Assembly (NCBI GenBank): GCA_045603165.1
Contig: JAZULP010000032.1
Location: 5,667-69,666, forward strand
From: Agathobacter sp.
GTDB lineage: Bacteria; Bacillota; Clostridia; Lachnospirales; Lachnospiraceae
DNA length: 64,000 nucleotides
Direction: 5' to 3'
Shown here one piece after another: positions 52,552 through 62,554 of this stretch (the stretch's first letter is position 1; every line of letters begins with the position of its first letter). Under the pieces are notes generated by a model. The model did no database searches. It was not told the DNA's origin and worked only from the letters and a program-made list of their open reading frames with translations. The position numbers and the translations under genes are program-made.

Positions 52552-53309
52552 ACTGTACCTCCATTCATTCCCTCATATGATACAATTGCTGCTTCTGGAT
52601 TCATATTACAGCCAAGTCGATAAAATTCCACATTTTCCAAAAGGGAATCTATTAGTTTCATTGTTTTAAGCAGCAATTCCGGATTTGCCGGACGATATAT
52701 CTGCTGAAACAGTATACTATATATATCCCGAGGGTTCAACTTTTCGATATGATTATCTATATTCCTCGTCAAAACACATATTGCCTTGAGTGGAACCGCG
52801 GTATTGGTGTTAAGATTATGCTTGCCACACCAAGGAGTTCCATACACTGTCACACCATTTTCTTGCATCTCCAACAATGGCTTATCATCATTAATCATCA
52901 TTGCGCGGTCTCCAAAGTGTTCTCTCCAGAGTCTAGTATGAGTGGATTTGCCCGTACCACTTTGAGCAGTAAACATATATGCCACTCCATCCACTGCAAT
53001 CACCGAACCATGCATTAGTATAATATCAAAATTCAATAGCTTTTCTGCTATTTTCCGATATACTGCCAAGGTTTCCAAATATGCATCCGAAAATGCACTT
53101 ACCGAGTATCCTTCTTTCTCAGCTGCTACTTCCGACTGCTCTCGCTCATAACTGATATCAGAAGCTTCTGTTCTAACAGTAAATTCCTCCGGATCATCTG
53201 TCACATACTCCCCACAATACTTCTGTAAATATTCATACATTGGCTCAATTCGAATCACTTTACCTGCCAATTTTATATGAAAGGCATTCGCCCTACCTTC
53301 TGCTGTCAT
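52548..53309 (-). CDS. HPr-kinase/PEPCK-like P-loop kinase
   Basis: LMHGSVI, AQSGTGKST, INDDKP and GTPWCGK; lacks the HprK N-terminal domain. Confidence 0.82.
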   Translation of the reverse strand: MTAEGRANAFHIKLAGKVIRIEPMYEYLQKYCGEYVTDDPEEFTVRTEASDISYEREQSEVAAEKEGYSVSAFSDAYLETLAVYRKIAEKLLNFDIILMHGSVIAVDGVAYMFTAQSGTGKSTHTRLWREHFGDRAMMINDDKPLLEMQENGVTVYGTPWCGKHNLNTNTAVPLKAICVLTRNIDNHIEKLNPRDIYSILFQQIYRPANPELLLKTMKLIDSLLENVEFYRLGCNMNPEAAIVSYEGMNGGTV

Positions 53310-53324
53310 TTTATTTCCTCTTTT

Positions 53325-54272
53325 CTATGTGAAGTAAATTAGCTCATCCTCTGGTTTTTCTGCTGGCTCAATAGAAATCGGATAAAGAACTGGACCTTTT
53401 CCCTTGTATTCCATCGCAAACTCTACGCGAATCTCTGCTGTAATGGTAATCCATGATTTGTGCGGAATCTCCTTTTCCTTTGGGTATTTACATTTGAAAC
53501 CAATAAAGGTAATATCGTCCACACAACAGGTCATTGCAAAACGTCCTGGTACCATGACACCACTTTTCAGATTATCTGGATTGTATACGAGGGCAAGGAA
53601 TTTAATCTTCTTACCGTGATACTTTTTATAATTATCGACTGCATCCATATACCAAATACCATAATCAGAATCCGAAAGCTCAATGATATCTTTGTCAATA
53701 TCAAATGGTAATTCCTCTGGTCTTTCATCGATGCTGCCATCGGTTCTCTCGTAAACAATCTGCGCTTTGCGGTTTACCGTTTTGATAAGACGTCGAAGCT
53801 TACCCCTATCTGTATTGTCATCGGTCCGGTTGAAAATAACCACATCTGCTTCAAATACCTGTTCCTGCATCATGGCACGCATATTGTTCCAATAGCTTTC
53901 AAAGGTAGTTGAATCAACTGTTGCCAGTGACTGTACCATTACCCAGCCTTTTGGAAGATTTGCTTCCAGCATTTTGGAGACCTCCCAAGTACCATTGTAT
54001 TCGATGAATACCTGTTCTGGTATATACTGCTCATTGATTTCTTGTAATTTTGCATCTGTGAAATCTTCTTCTTTTTCGATTGTTACCAAGGAGAAGTTTA
54101 CATCCTTCAGCTTGTCCAAATTATATTCTACATCTCCATCCTCACACATAATGACAATACCATTGCCACCTTCTGCAAAGTTATTTTCAAACAATGTCTC
54201 CTGAACAAGAGATGTCTTGCCGCTGTCCATAAATCCAGTAAAGAGATATACTGGAATTTCCTGAATTGCCAT
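53325..54272 (-). CDS. CobW-like GTPase fused to a TIGR03943-type C-terminal domain
   Basis: FTGFMDSGKT, IEYNG, IFNR and GRFAMTCCVDDI. Start moved to 54272. Confidence 0.8.
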   Translation of the reverse strand: MAIQEIPVYLFTGFMDSGKTSLVQETLFENNFAEGGNGIVIMCEDGDVEYNLDKLKDVNFSLVTIEKEEDFTDAKLQEINEQYIPEQVFIEYNGTWEVSKMLEANLPKGWVMVQSLATVDSTTFESYWNNMRAMMQEQVFEADVVIFNRTDDNTDRGKLRRLIKTVNRKAQIVYERTDGSIDERPEELPFDIDKDIIELSDSDYGIWYMDAVDNYKKYHGKKIKFLALVYNPDNLKSGVMVPGRFAMTCCVDDITFIGFKCKYPKEKEIPHKSWITITAEIRVEFAMEYKGKGPVLYPISIEPAEKPEDELIYFT

Positions 54273-54332
54273 TTTTATTCCTCCATATATCGAATGTAAA
54301 GAGTTTGTCAACTACATTCCTTTATAACAAAT

Positions 54333-55385
54333 TTATGCAATACCAAATAATTCCATTAATTTGTATTCTTCAATATCTGTTCCGATTACGCAAAGTCTAC
54401 CTGTGTAGTCTGGCTGACCCTCACGGAGCTCATATTCTCCTGGAACCATATCAAAGTAAATCCATGTTCCATCTGTGCTTTCTACCATGCCCTTTGCACG
54501 AAGAATCGTTCCATAATCTTCTGTGTCACAGAAAATCTTTAAGATTTCTTCGATCTTAGTGCGTTCAAATTTATGAGGTGTTTCTTTGCCCCAACTTGTA
54601 AACACATCATCTGCATGATGGTGGTGATGTGCATGGTGATGCTCATGACATCCGCAGTTGCAATCTTCATCATGTTCATGGTGATGGTGCTCATGATGGT
54701 GCTCATGACATCCGCAATTGCAATCTTCATCATGTTCATGGTGATGGTGATGTGCATGATGTTCTGCAAGCACCTTCATCTCAAGGCTCTCCTGTCCTTC
54801 CATAACATGAAGAATCTGTTTCCCATCAATCGCATCCCAGGCCGTTGTAATAATAGCAGCTTTTGGATTCAATTCCTGCATCTGCTTTACGCAGGCTTCT
54901 AACTGTTCTGCTGTCGCATTCTGGCTACGACTGAGAACGATTGTTGTTGCATGTTCTATCTGATTATTGAAAAACTCACCAAATGATTTCATCTGCTTAC
55001 TTGCTTTGAGGGCATTCACAACCGTAACAAGTGCATTCAACTTCACATCCTGTTCCTTTTCGATATCAATCACGGACTTCATAACGTCTGATAATTTTCC
55101 AACGCCAGATGGCTCGATTAAGATACGGTCCGGGTGATATTTTGTGATAACCTCGTTAAGGTTTGTTGCAAAATCACCCACCAATGAACAGCAGATACAA
55201 CCTGAGTTCATTTCTGTAATTTCAATACCGGAATCCTTTAAGAATCCGCCATCAATACCGATTTCACCGAATTCATTTTCAATAAGCACAATCTGTTCAC
55301 CTACGAAAGCTTCTTCCAACATTTTTTTGATAAAAGTTGTTTTTCCTGCTCCAAGGAAACCAGAAATAATATCAATTTTAGTCAT
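54333..55385 (-). CDS. COG0523/CobW family metal-chaperone GTPase
   Basis: SGFLGAGKTT, ENEFG, GCICC, EPSGVG, a His-rich insert and LRAKG. Confidence 0.92.
   Translation of the reverse strand: MTKIDIISGFLGAGKTTFIKKMLEEAFVGEQIVLIENEFGEIGIDGGFLKDSGIEITEMNSGCICCSLVGDFATNLNEVITKYHPDRILIEPSGVGKLSDVMKSVIDIEKEQDVKLNALVTVVNALKASKQMKSFGEFFNNQIEHATTIVLSRSQNATAEQLEACVKQMQELNPKAAIITTAWDAIDGKQILHVMEGQESLEMKVLAEHHAHHHHHEHDEDCNCGCHEHHHEHHHHEHDEDCNCGCHEHHHAHHHHHADDVFTSWGKETPHKFERTKIEEILKIFCDTEDYGTILRAKGMVESTDGTWIYFDMVPGEYELREGQPDYTGRLCVIGTDIEEYKLMELFGIA
54641..54749. repeat. 60-bp tandem duplication encoding a His/Cys-rich unit
   Basis: gctcatgacatccgca(g/a)ttgcaatcttcatcatgttcatggtgatggtg occurs at 54641 and 54701, giving (HHHHEHDEDCNCGCHEH)x2. 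Confidence 0.9.
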
Positions 55386-55405
55386 GTTTTAAATCTCCTT
55401 TATAA

Positions 55406-57133
55406 TTACATATGCATATGATAAAGTTTCTCATAAATCCCCTGTTTTGTCAAAAGTTCTTCATGTGTTCCTGACTCCGCAATACCATCTTCCGTAAGTA
55501 CCAGAATCTTCTCTGCATTCTGAATGGTCGTAAGCCTATGTGCAATCACAAATGTAGTTCTGTTTTTTGCAAGAGCTTCCAAAGAATCCTGCACAACCTT
55601 CTCACTTTCATTGTCAAGAGCAGAGGTCGCTTCATCAAAAATGAGGATTGGAGGATTTTTCAAAAACACTCTGGCAATAGAAAGACGCTGTTTTTGTCCT
55701 CCGGAAAGCTTGATACCACGCTGTCCAATATCCGTGTTGTAACCATCAGGAAAGGACATAATAAAATCGTGAGCATTGGCATTTTTTGCTGCATCTACAA
55801 CATCTTCCATCGTTGCCCCTGGCTTACCATAGGCAATGTTTTCAAAAATTGTTCCGGCAAATAGATACACATCCTGCTGCACAATACCTATCTGGCTACG
55901 GAGACTCTTCAAAGTCACTTCGCGGATGTCTTTTCCATCAATACGAATGGTTCCGGAATTGACATCATAGAATCTAGGAATCAGCGAGCACAGTGTCGTC
56001 TTACCTGCTCCAGAGGAACCAACCAGTGCCATATAAGCCCCCGCTGGAACTTCCAGATTGATACCATTTAATACAGTGTCAGAATGATCGTTGTAGCTAA
56101 AAGTTACATCTTCAAAAGTAATATCTCCTCTTACATTTTTCAATTCTTCTGCACCAGGTGCATCTGCGATATCAGGATGAATATTCATAATTTCCATGAA
56201 ACGCTCAAAACCACTGTATCCGTTTTGAAACTGCTCAGTAAAATCAATCAGGGTACGAATTGGGTCAGTAAACACACCAATATACAAGAGGAAGGTCAAA
56301 AGGTCGGTTACATTCAACTGTCCACTAGCAATCAACATACTGCCCACTACAATTACAGATACTTGTACCAATGTAGTAAAACAGGCTACGCCAGCTTGAA
56401 AGCTTCCCATGTAACGATAATTATTTTTCTTGGATTCTAAAAAAGCATCGTTTCCGACCTTGAACTTTTCATTTTCAACAGCCTCGTTGGCAAAGGATTT
56501 TACTACACGAATACCAGAAAGATTGTCCTCTATCTGTCCGTTGATTTCTGCGATTTTCTGACGATTTCTGCGAAACGCCGCGCGCATTTTCCGATTCAGT
56601 AAATAGGCATAAGTAAACATAAATGGAAGTACGATAAATGCCGCTAAGGTAAGCACAGGATTGATACCTGTCAAAATAGTCAATGCTCCAGCAATTTTTA
56701 GCACAGAAAGAATGATATTTTCCGGGCCATGATGCAACAGCTCTGTAATCTCAAATAAGTCCGTGGTTACACGGCTCATAAGCTGTCCTACCTTCTGGTC
56801 ATCATAAAAAGAGAATGACAGCTTCTGCAGATGATTAAATATCTCTGCACGCATATTGTATTCAATCTTGGCACCCATAACATGCCCATAGTTTCCGATA
56901 AAAAAACGACAGAAAAAATCCATAGCGATAAGCACCAAAAGCACCAAAGCTACCACTAGGATTTGGGACATAAGCTCTTCTTTTGAAAGATAAATGAGTG
57001 TATTGGTTACGTATCGAACGATAAGAGGAATGGAAAGCGCGATGCCAGCCGACATTGCTGCAAAGAACATATCCGCCCAGAACATTCCCATATATGGCTT
57101 ATAATAAGATAGTAATTTCTTTATATTTTTCAT
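55406..57133 (-). CDS. ABC transporter, fused permease/ATPase (MsbA-like)
   Basis: GSSGAGKT, LSGGQKQR, DEATSALD and IAHRL. Start moved to 57133. Confidence 0.92.
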   Translation of the reverse strand: MKNIKKLLSYYKPYMGMFWADMFFAAMSAGIALSIPLIVRYVTNTLIYLSKEELMSQILVVALVLLVLIAMDFFCRFFIGNYGHVMGAKIEYNMRAEIFNHLQKLSFSFYDDQKVGQLMSRVTTDLFEITELLHHGPENIILSVLKIAGALTILTGINPVLTLAAFIVLPFMFTYAYLLNRKMRAAFRRNRQKIAEINGQIEDNLSGIRVVKSFANEAVENEKFKVGNDAFLESKKNNYRYMGSFQAGVACFTTLVQVSVIVVGSMLIASGQLNVTDLLTFLLYIGVFTDPIRTLIDFTEQFQNGYSGFERFMEIMNIHPDIADAPGAEELKNVRGDITFEDVTFSYNDHSDTVLNGINLEVPAGAYMALVGSSGAGKTTLCSLIPRFYDVNSGTIRIDGKDIREVTLKSLRSQIGIVQQDVYLFAGTIFENIAYGKPGATMEDVVDAAKNANAHDFIMSFPDGYNTDIGQRGIKLSGGQKQRLSIARVFLKNPPILIFDEATSALDNESEKVVQDSLEALAKNRTTFVIAHRLTTIQNAEKILVLTEDGIAESGTHEELLTKQGIYEKLYHMHM

Positions 57134-57161
57134 AGTAATACCTCTTTTCATCAATCTATTT

Positions 57162-57190
57162 ATTTTACCAATAAAGACGCGATATGTCAA
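57162..57190 (-). promoter_or_regulatory. Sigma-A promoter for the ABC-CobW-RRE cassette run
   Basis: TTGACA-17-TAAAAT. Confidence 0.6.
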
Positions 57191-57229
57191 AAATTGTATG
57201 CGGTTTTCATCTACCCCGTTTCTCTCTAC

Positions 57230-57258
57230 TTGCATTTCAGATAAAGAATAATTATACT
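57230..57258 (+). promoter_or_regulatory. Sigma-A promoter of the LUD gene
   Basis: TTGCAT-17-TATACT. Confidence 0.55.
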
Positions 57259-57288
57259 TGTATTATTAGAAATTTTGGAGGTAAAACC

Positions 57289-57924
57289 ATGAATATAAAG
57301 AAAGAATACTACAAAAACCTATCTAACACCGTATTAAAGGGCTTTCAAAAACGACACATCGAAGGCTATTACTGTGAAACAGTAGAAGCTGCAAAAGAAC
57401 TAGCTCTTTCTCTTGTCCCAGAACATGCGTCTGCTTCCTTTGGCGGTTCTGCAACTTTGGAAGAAACTGGAATTTTAGAGGCACTTCGCAATCGCAAGGA
57501 CATCACACTTTATGATCGTGCAACAGGAAAAAATCCAGATGAAGTTAAGAAAATCATGCATGATGCCCTCTCATGCGACTACTATTTCATGAGCTCTAAT
57601 TCCATTACTGCTAATGGAGAATTGGTAAATATCGATGGAAATGGCAACCGTGTAGCCGCTCTTATTTACGGTCCAGAGAATGTCATCATCGTGGCTGGCA
57701 TGAACAAAATTTGTAAGGACGTAGAGGAAGGCATCAGCCGTACCCGCAACGTAGCTTCTTCACAAAACTGTATTCGTCTCGGAATAAACAATCCATGCGC
57801 AATAAATGGTGTATGCAGCAACTGTCTGGCAGATACCATTTGCGACCAGATTGTTATCACAAGAGCCAGCCGTATACCACAACGTATTAAGGTAATTTTA
57901 GTTGGCGAAGAACTCGGATTTTAA
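57289..57924 (+). CDS. LUD domain (lactate utilisation/YkgG-like) protein
   Basis: GELVNIDGNGNRVAA, AGMNK and Cys cluster; RBS ggagg before the ATG at 57289. Confidence 0.85.
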   Translation: MNIKKEYYKNLSNTVLKGFQKRHIEGYYCETVEAAKELALSLVPEHASASFGGSATLEETGILEALRNRKDITLYDRATGKNPDEVKKIMHDALSCDYYFMSSNSITANGELVNIDGNGNRVAALIYGPENVIIVAGMNKICKDVEEGISRTRNVASSQNCIRLGINNPCAINGVCSNCLADTICDQIVITRASRIPQRIKVILVGEELGF

Positions 57925-57935
57925 CGCAAATCCTA

Positions 57936-58796
57936 CTACATAAATAACAACAAACTGGCGGCCATCACCATCATTCCAACTACAAGTCCGTAAATGGAAA
58001 GGTGATGCTCGCCATACTCACGGGCAGCAGGAAGCAGTTCATCTACAGAAATAAATACCATTATGCCCGCTACAGCAGCAAAAATGACACCATACACAAT
58101 ATCACTCATAATTGGAATCAAAATAAGCCATCCCATAAGCGCACCTATTGGCTCGGCCAAACCAGATAAAAATGAGTACAAAAAAGCTCTCTTTCTAGAT
58201 CCTGTCGCTTGATATATCGGCACGGATACAGCAATTCCTTCGGGTATATTGTGAATTGCAATGGCTGCTACAATCGGAATCGCTACACTAGGGTCTTGAA
58301 ATGCAGACACAAAGGTCGCCATACCCTCTGGAAAATTATGTATCCCAATCGCTAGTGCAGTAAACACACCCAGACGCAACAGTTGATCCTTCTGCTGCTT
58401 TCTCTTCTGCTGCTTTCTCTTCTGCTCCTTCACACAAATCTCACTATCTCCACAGCCCTCACAGTCTGCTACCACACTTTTGGGCTCATGTGGATTTTCT
58501 GCTGATGGAATCAGCCGGTCAATGAGACCAATCAAGAATATGCCTCCAAAAAATGCAATTACTGTAAAGACAGCACCCTGTTTCTCGCCAAGCTCTGTTA
58601 CCAGAGTCTCCTGCGCCTTAGTGAAAATCTCTATCATGGAAACATATATCATAACGCCTGCCGAAAAGCCCAAACTGACAGATAAAAATTTCTTATTCGT
58701 TTTCTTTGCAAAAAAAGCAATCAAACTACCGATTCCTGTGCTAAGTCCTGCAATTAAAGTCAACGCAAATGCAAACATCATATTTCCCATATACAT
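57936..58796 (-). CDS. zupT: ZIP family metal transporter ZupT
   Basis: IGIHNFPEG and IAIHNIPEG motifs. Confidence 0.93.
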   Translation of the reverse strand: MYMGNMMFAFALTLIAGLSTGIGSLIAFFAKKTNKKFLSVSLGFSAGVMIYVSMIEIFTKAQETLVTELGEKQGAVFTVIAFFGGIFLIGLIDRLIPSAENPHEPKSVVADCEGCGDSEICVKEQKRKQQKRKQQKDQLLRLGVFTALAIGIHNFPEGMATFVSAFQDPSVAIPIVAAIAIHNIPEGIAVSVPIYQATGSRKRAFLYSFLSGLAEPIGALMGWLILIPIMSDIVYGVIFAAVAGIMVFISVDELLPAAREYGEHHLSIYGLVVGMMVMAASLLLFM

Positions 58797-58850
58797 AACA
58801 TTCCTTTCCTAGAATATGCAATTATTCAAAAAATGAAATATGTCTTTTTG

Positions 58851-58905
58851 TAAGTTAGTTTTAACTAACTTATGTTAATTATAGCACTTTACATTATTCT
58901 GTCAA
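58851..58905 (-). promoter_or_regulatory. zupT promoter with a palindromic metal-regulator operator
   Basis: TTGACA-16-TATAAT with TG extension, followed by the perfect inverted repeat TAAGTTAGTT-tt-AACTAACTTA at 58851-58872. Confidence 0.7.
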
Positions 58906-58906
58906 G

Positions 58907-58967
58907 AAAAACGAGTTAGCCAAAAGCAAGGTCCAGTGGACATTCACTTTAGCTAACTCGTTATTTT
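58907..58967 (-). terminator. Hairpin after ferredoxin with an internal gtccagtggac palindrome
   Basis: aacgagttagc..gctaactcgtt arms with A/T tails. Confidence 0.5.
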
Positions 58968-59152
58968 TAAACCTCTTCAATTGCATCTACAGGACATCCA
59001 TAAGCTGCATTTGCTGCTTCACCGGCATGTTCTATTGGAACTTCTGCATCCATAGCCTTTGCAACACCTGCATCTGTCATAGAAAAATAATCTGGACATG
59101 TGCTTACACATAGTCCACAACCAATGCAATTTTCATTTACATAATATTTCAT
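58967..59152 (-). CDS. Ferredoxin (single 4Fe-4S)
   Basis: CIGCGLCVSTCP and CPVDAI. Confidence 0.9.
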   Translation of the reverse strand: MKYYVNENCIGCGLCVSTCPDYFSMTDAGVAKAMDAEVPIEHAGEAANAAYGCPVDAIEEV

Positions 59153-59223
59153 ACTCTGCACCTCATTCTTTTTTCATAGTATCAGCAAAAGTCAAGGATT
59201 ATATACATATATTAGGCAAAAAT

Positions 59224-60540
<1,317 letters not shown>

Positions 60541-60605
60541 TCACGATTTATATTCTATTTATTTCCAATTTTGAGCAAGAATATACTTAAAACACCTCTC
60601 CAACG

Positions 60606-61511
60606 TTACAACATTATCAAAAGAATAGCCAGCATAAATATAATACTACAAATAATAGAAATCGAGTTCAGAGCACTCGAAAGCCCCGAATCACCACCCA
60701 TTTCCTCCGTAAAAGCCGGAACTGCAGAACCGATTGGACTAAATGCCAGTATCATCAGTGCTGTGCGAGCCTCCAAATCCATAGGCAGGTGATAAAAAGC
60801 AAATGCCAACACAAATGCTACGGCGTAACGCACTCCAAGAATTTTTACAATAGTACCAATTTGACTCTTTTCACCGGATAATTTGAATCCAACCCCTAGC
60901 ATCAGCATCGCTACAAATGCATTGGCACCACCAACAATCTCAGCCAACTGAACCACTGGAGACGGAAGGGTAATCCCCAGCATCCCCAAAATCATCATGG
61001 TAACACAGGTTAGAAATGCCACAGATTTGGATAAAGCCAAAAAAATTCGTTTCAGCGAAAAACCACCATTTCCTTTAATACTGGAAGCCACACCAAAGGC
61101 ACCGCCCAGACAGATAAAAGCATTGCCTGCATCAAATAGACTGGTGGTAATAACTCCTACTGGTCCAAGAAAGCTTTGAACAAACGGAATTGTGAAATTG
61201 CCAATATTATATCCCGGCAAATTCAAGACCCCGAAGGCCTTTTCATCCTTGCTTTTTCCGATATTTATGACATAGCCCAAAATCATATACAGAATTCCCG
61301 CACCAAGCGCCATCAACGAAATAAACAACATAGATGGCACCAGCTCTTTTCCAGAAAAATTGGATATAAAAGCTGCTGGCAAAGTAATCTTTAATGTGAT
61401 TTTTGATAACACAGTAAAATCGCCTTCCTTGAAAAAATCAATTTTCCGAAGGACATATCCTAAAACAATAATGCTAATAAAACATCCTGCACGGGTTAGT
61501 ACATCAAACAT
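60606..61511 (-). CDS. AEC (auxin efflux carrier) family transporter
   Basis: Multi-TM protein with ITLPAA and GYNIGNF motifs. Confidence 0.82.
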   Translation of the reverse strand: MFDVLTRAGCFISIIVLGYVLRKIDFFKEGDFTVLSKITLKITLPAAFISNFSGKELVPSMLFISLMALGAGILYMILGYVINIGKSKDEKAFGVLNLPGYNIGNFTIPFVQSFLGPVGVITTSLFDAGNAFICLGGAFGVASSIKGNGGFSLKRIFLALSKSVAFLTCVTMMILGMLGITLPSPVVQLAEIVGGANAFVAMLMLGVGFKLSGEKSQIGTIVKILGVRYAVAFVLAFAFYHLPMDLEARTALMILAFSPIGSAVPAFTEEMGGDSGLSSALNSISIICSIIFMLAILLIML

Positions 61512-61547
61512 ATTTTCTCTCCATTTATAAAAGCTCTATTTACTTTA

Positions 61548-61636
61548 AAAATAAAAGACCCAACGTAGTCCGCATCGTTGAGAGGCGTGTTGGGTTCTGT
61601 TAACTCTTATTATATTCCATCCGGCAAAAAAATCAA
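61548..61636 (-). ncRNA. Promoter plus small structured RNA (element C)
   Basis: TTGATT-16-TATAAT, then AGAACCCAACACGCCUCUCAACGAUGCGGACUACGUUGGGUCUUUUAUUUU with an ACCCAAC/GUUGGGU stem and U-tract. Confidence 0.5.
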
Positions 61637-61698
61637 TCATTTGCTGCAGCTTATTAGCTTCTACCATTGAAAAAATGGAAAACAACGTAGTGGTTGAG

Positions 61699-61899
61699 TC
61701 AACATACCCCACTCTGGAAGAAGGCACATGCACATCCAAGTTCTGTCGCCTTCTCCAAAGAATAATCCAACAATTTCTTTCCAAATCCCAGTCTTTTCAA
61801 CTCTGGTGTAATGCAGATTGGTCCCATTGTCATAATAGGAATATCACGCCCATCATCCGCTTTGATAATCGCACGCATAAACATATTTTGTCCAATCAA
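61699..61899 (-). pseudogene. Internal fragment of a GNAT N-acetyltransferase
   Basis: MGPICITPELKRLGFGKKLL acetyl-CoA motif; N- and C-terminal parts are missing. Confidence 0.75.
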
Positions 61900-62190
61900 C
61901 CATCCTCAAATCGTTCTGACAACCATGTCTTTTTAGAAGATACATGAATATCATTGTTGTTAGAAATCGCACAACATATATAAAATGTGTTCCACATTGC
62001 CTAAATTCTCGGCATCCATTTTTCGTTTTCTTACCATAGAACCCCAAAAGTTCATTATGGGAAGAAATAGAACTAGGCGCCTGAATAATTCGTCTTACCA
62101 TAGATATCAAAAACATCTACATGGTTAGAAAACACTTAGAAATTGCTTCAAAATTGCACAAAATCCTCAAAGCACCTATAGAATTTTAAA

Positions 62191-62220
62191 ATATCTCCCT
62201 CGCCCAAAAGCGAGGGAGAC
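62191..62220 (-). terminator. Intrinsic terminator
   Basis: tctccctcgc-ccaaaa-gcgagggaga perfect stem. Confidence 0.6.
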
Positions 62221-62288
62221 AAAGAATTCTAAGAATATATCTTACTTGTTATTAATTGCAGCCTGTATCGCAGTGGTACACAGGTGAG

Positions 62289-62466
62289 CTATGGAGGTTT
62301 CGGATTGGATTTCATGTCCTGTAATATTTCCTGCTTTGCTCGGTTGTATGATGGCACGTTGATAATCCGGGCTTTCAACAATTCGTCTAGCAAAGTTAGA
62401 ACTACGCGCCTTGAATCTAATCTTACTTTTCCGTTTTCAGTGTAACTAATTTTTGTAATCGTCCAT
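62289..62466 (-). pseudogene. Small SHOCT-like protein with a 1-nt frameshift
   Basis: Promoter TTGATT-17-TATACT at 62526-62554, RBS aggag and ATG at 62466 give MDDYKN*. Removing one A of the A5 run restores a 58-aa ORF ending LLDELLKARIINVPSYNRAKQEIL. Confidence 0.5.
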
Positions 62467-62554
62467 ATTTTAGTTCTCCTACACATCTTTTGTTTCAGAC
62501 TAGTCTTTGCACTTAAGTGTGTTGGAGTATAACTCTATGTTACTGAAAAATCAA

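Noticed and set aside
54573-54902. Met/Val-rich plus-strand ORF (and the 54539-54769 alternate-frame ORF) as a repeat peptide
   Set aside because: These are shadow frames of the His-rich repeat in the CobW gene, with no RBS or promoter.
61545-61947. Short ORFs 61545-61784, 61675-61947 and 61853-62116 as genes
   Set aside because: They cross cassette junctions and RNA element C, lack an RBS and show no recognisable family.
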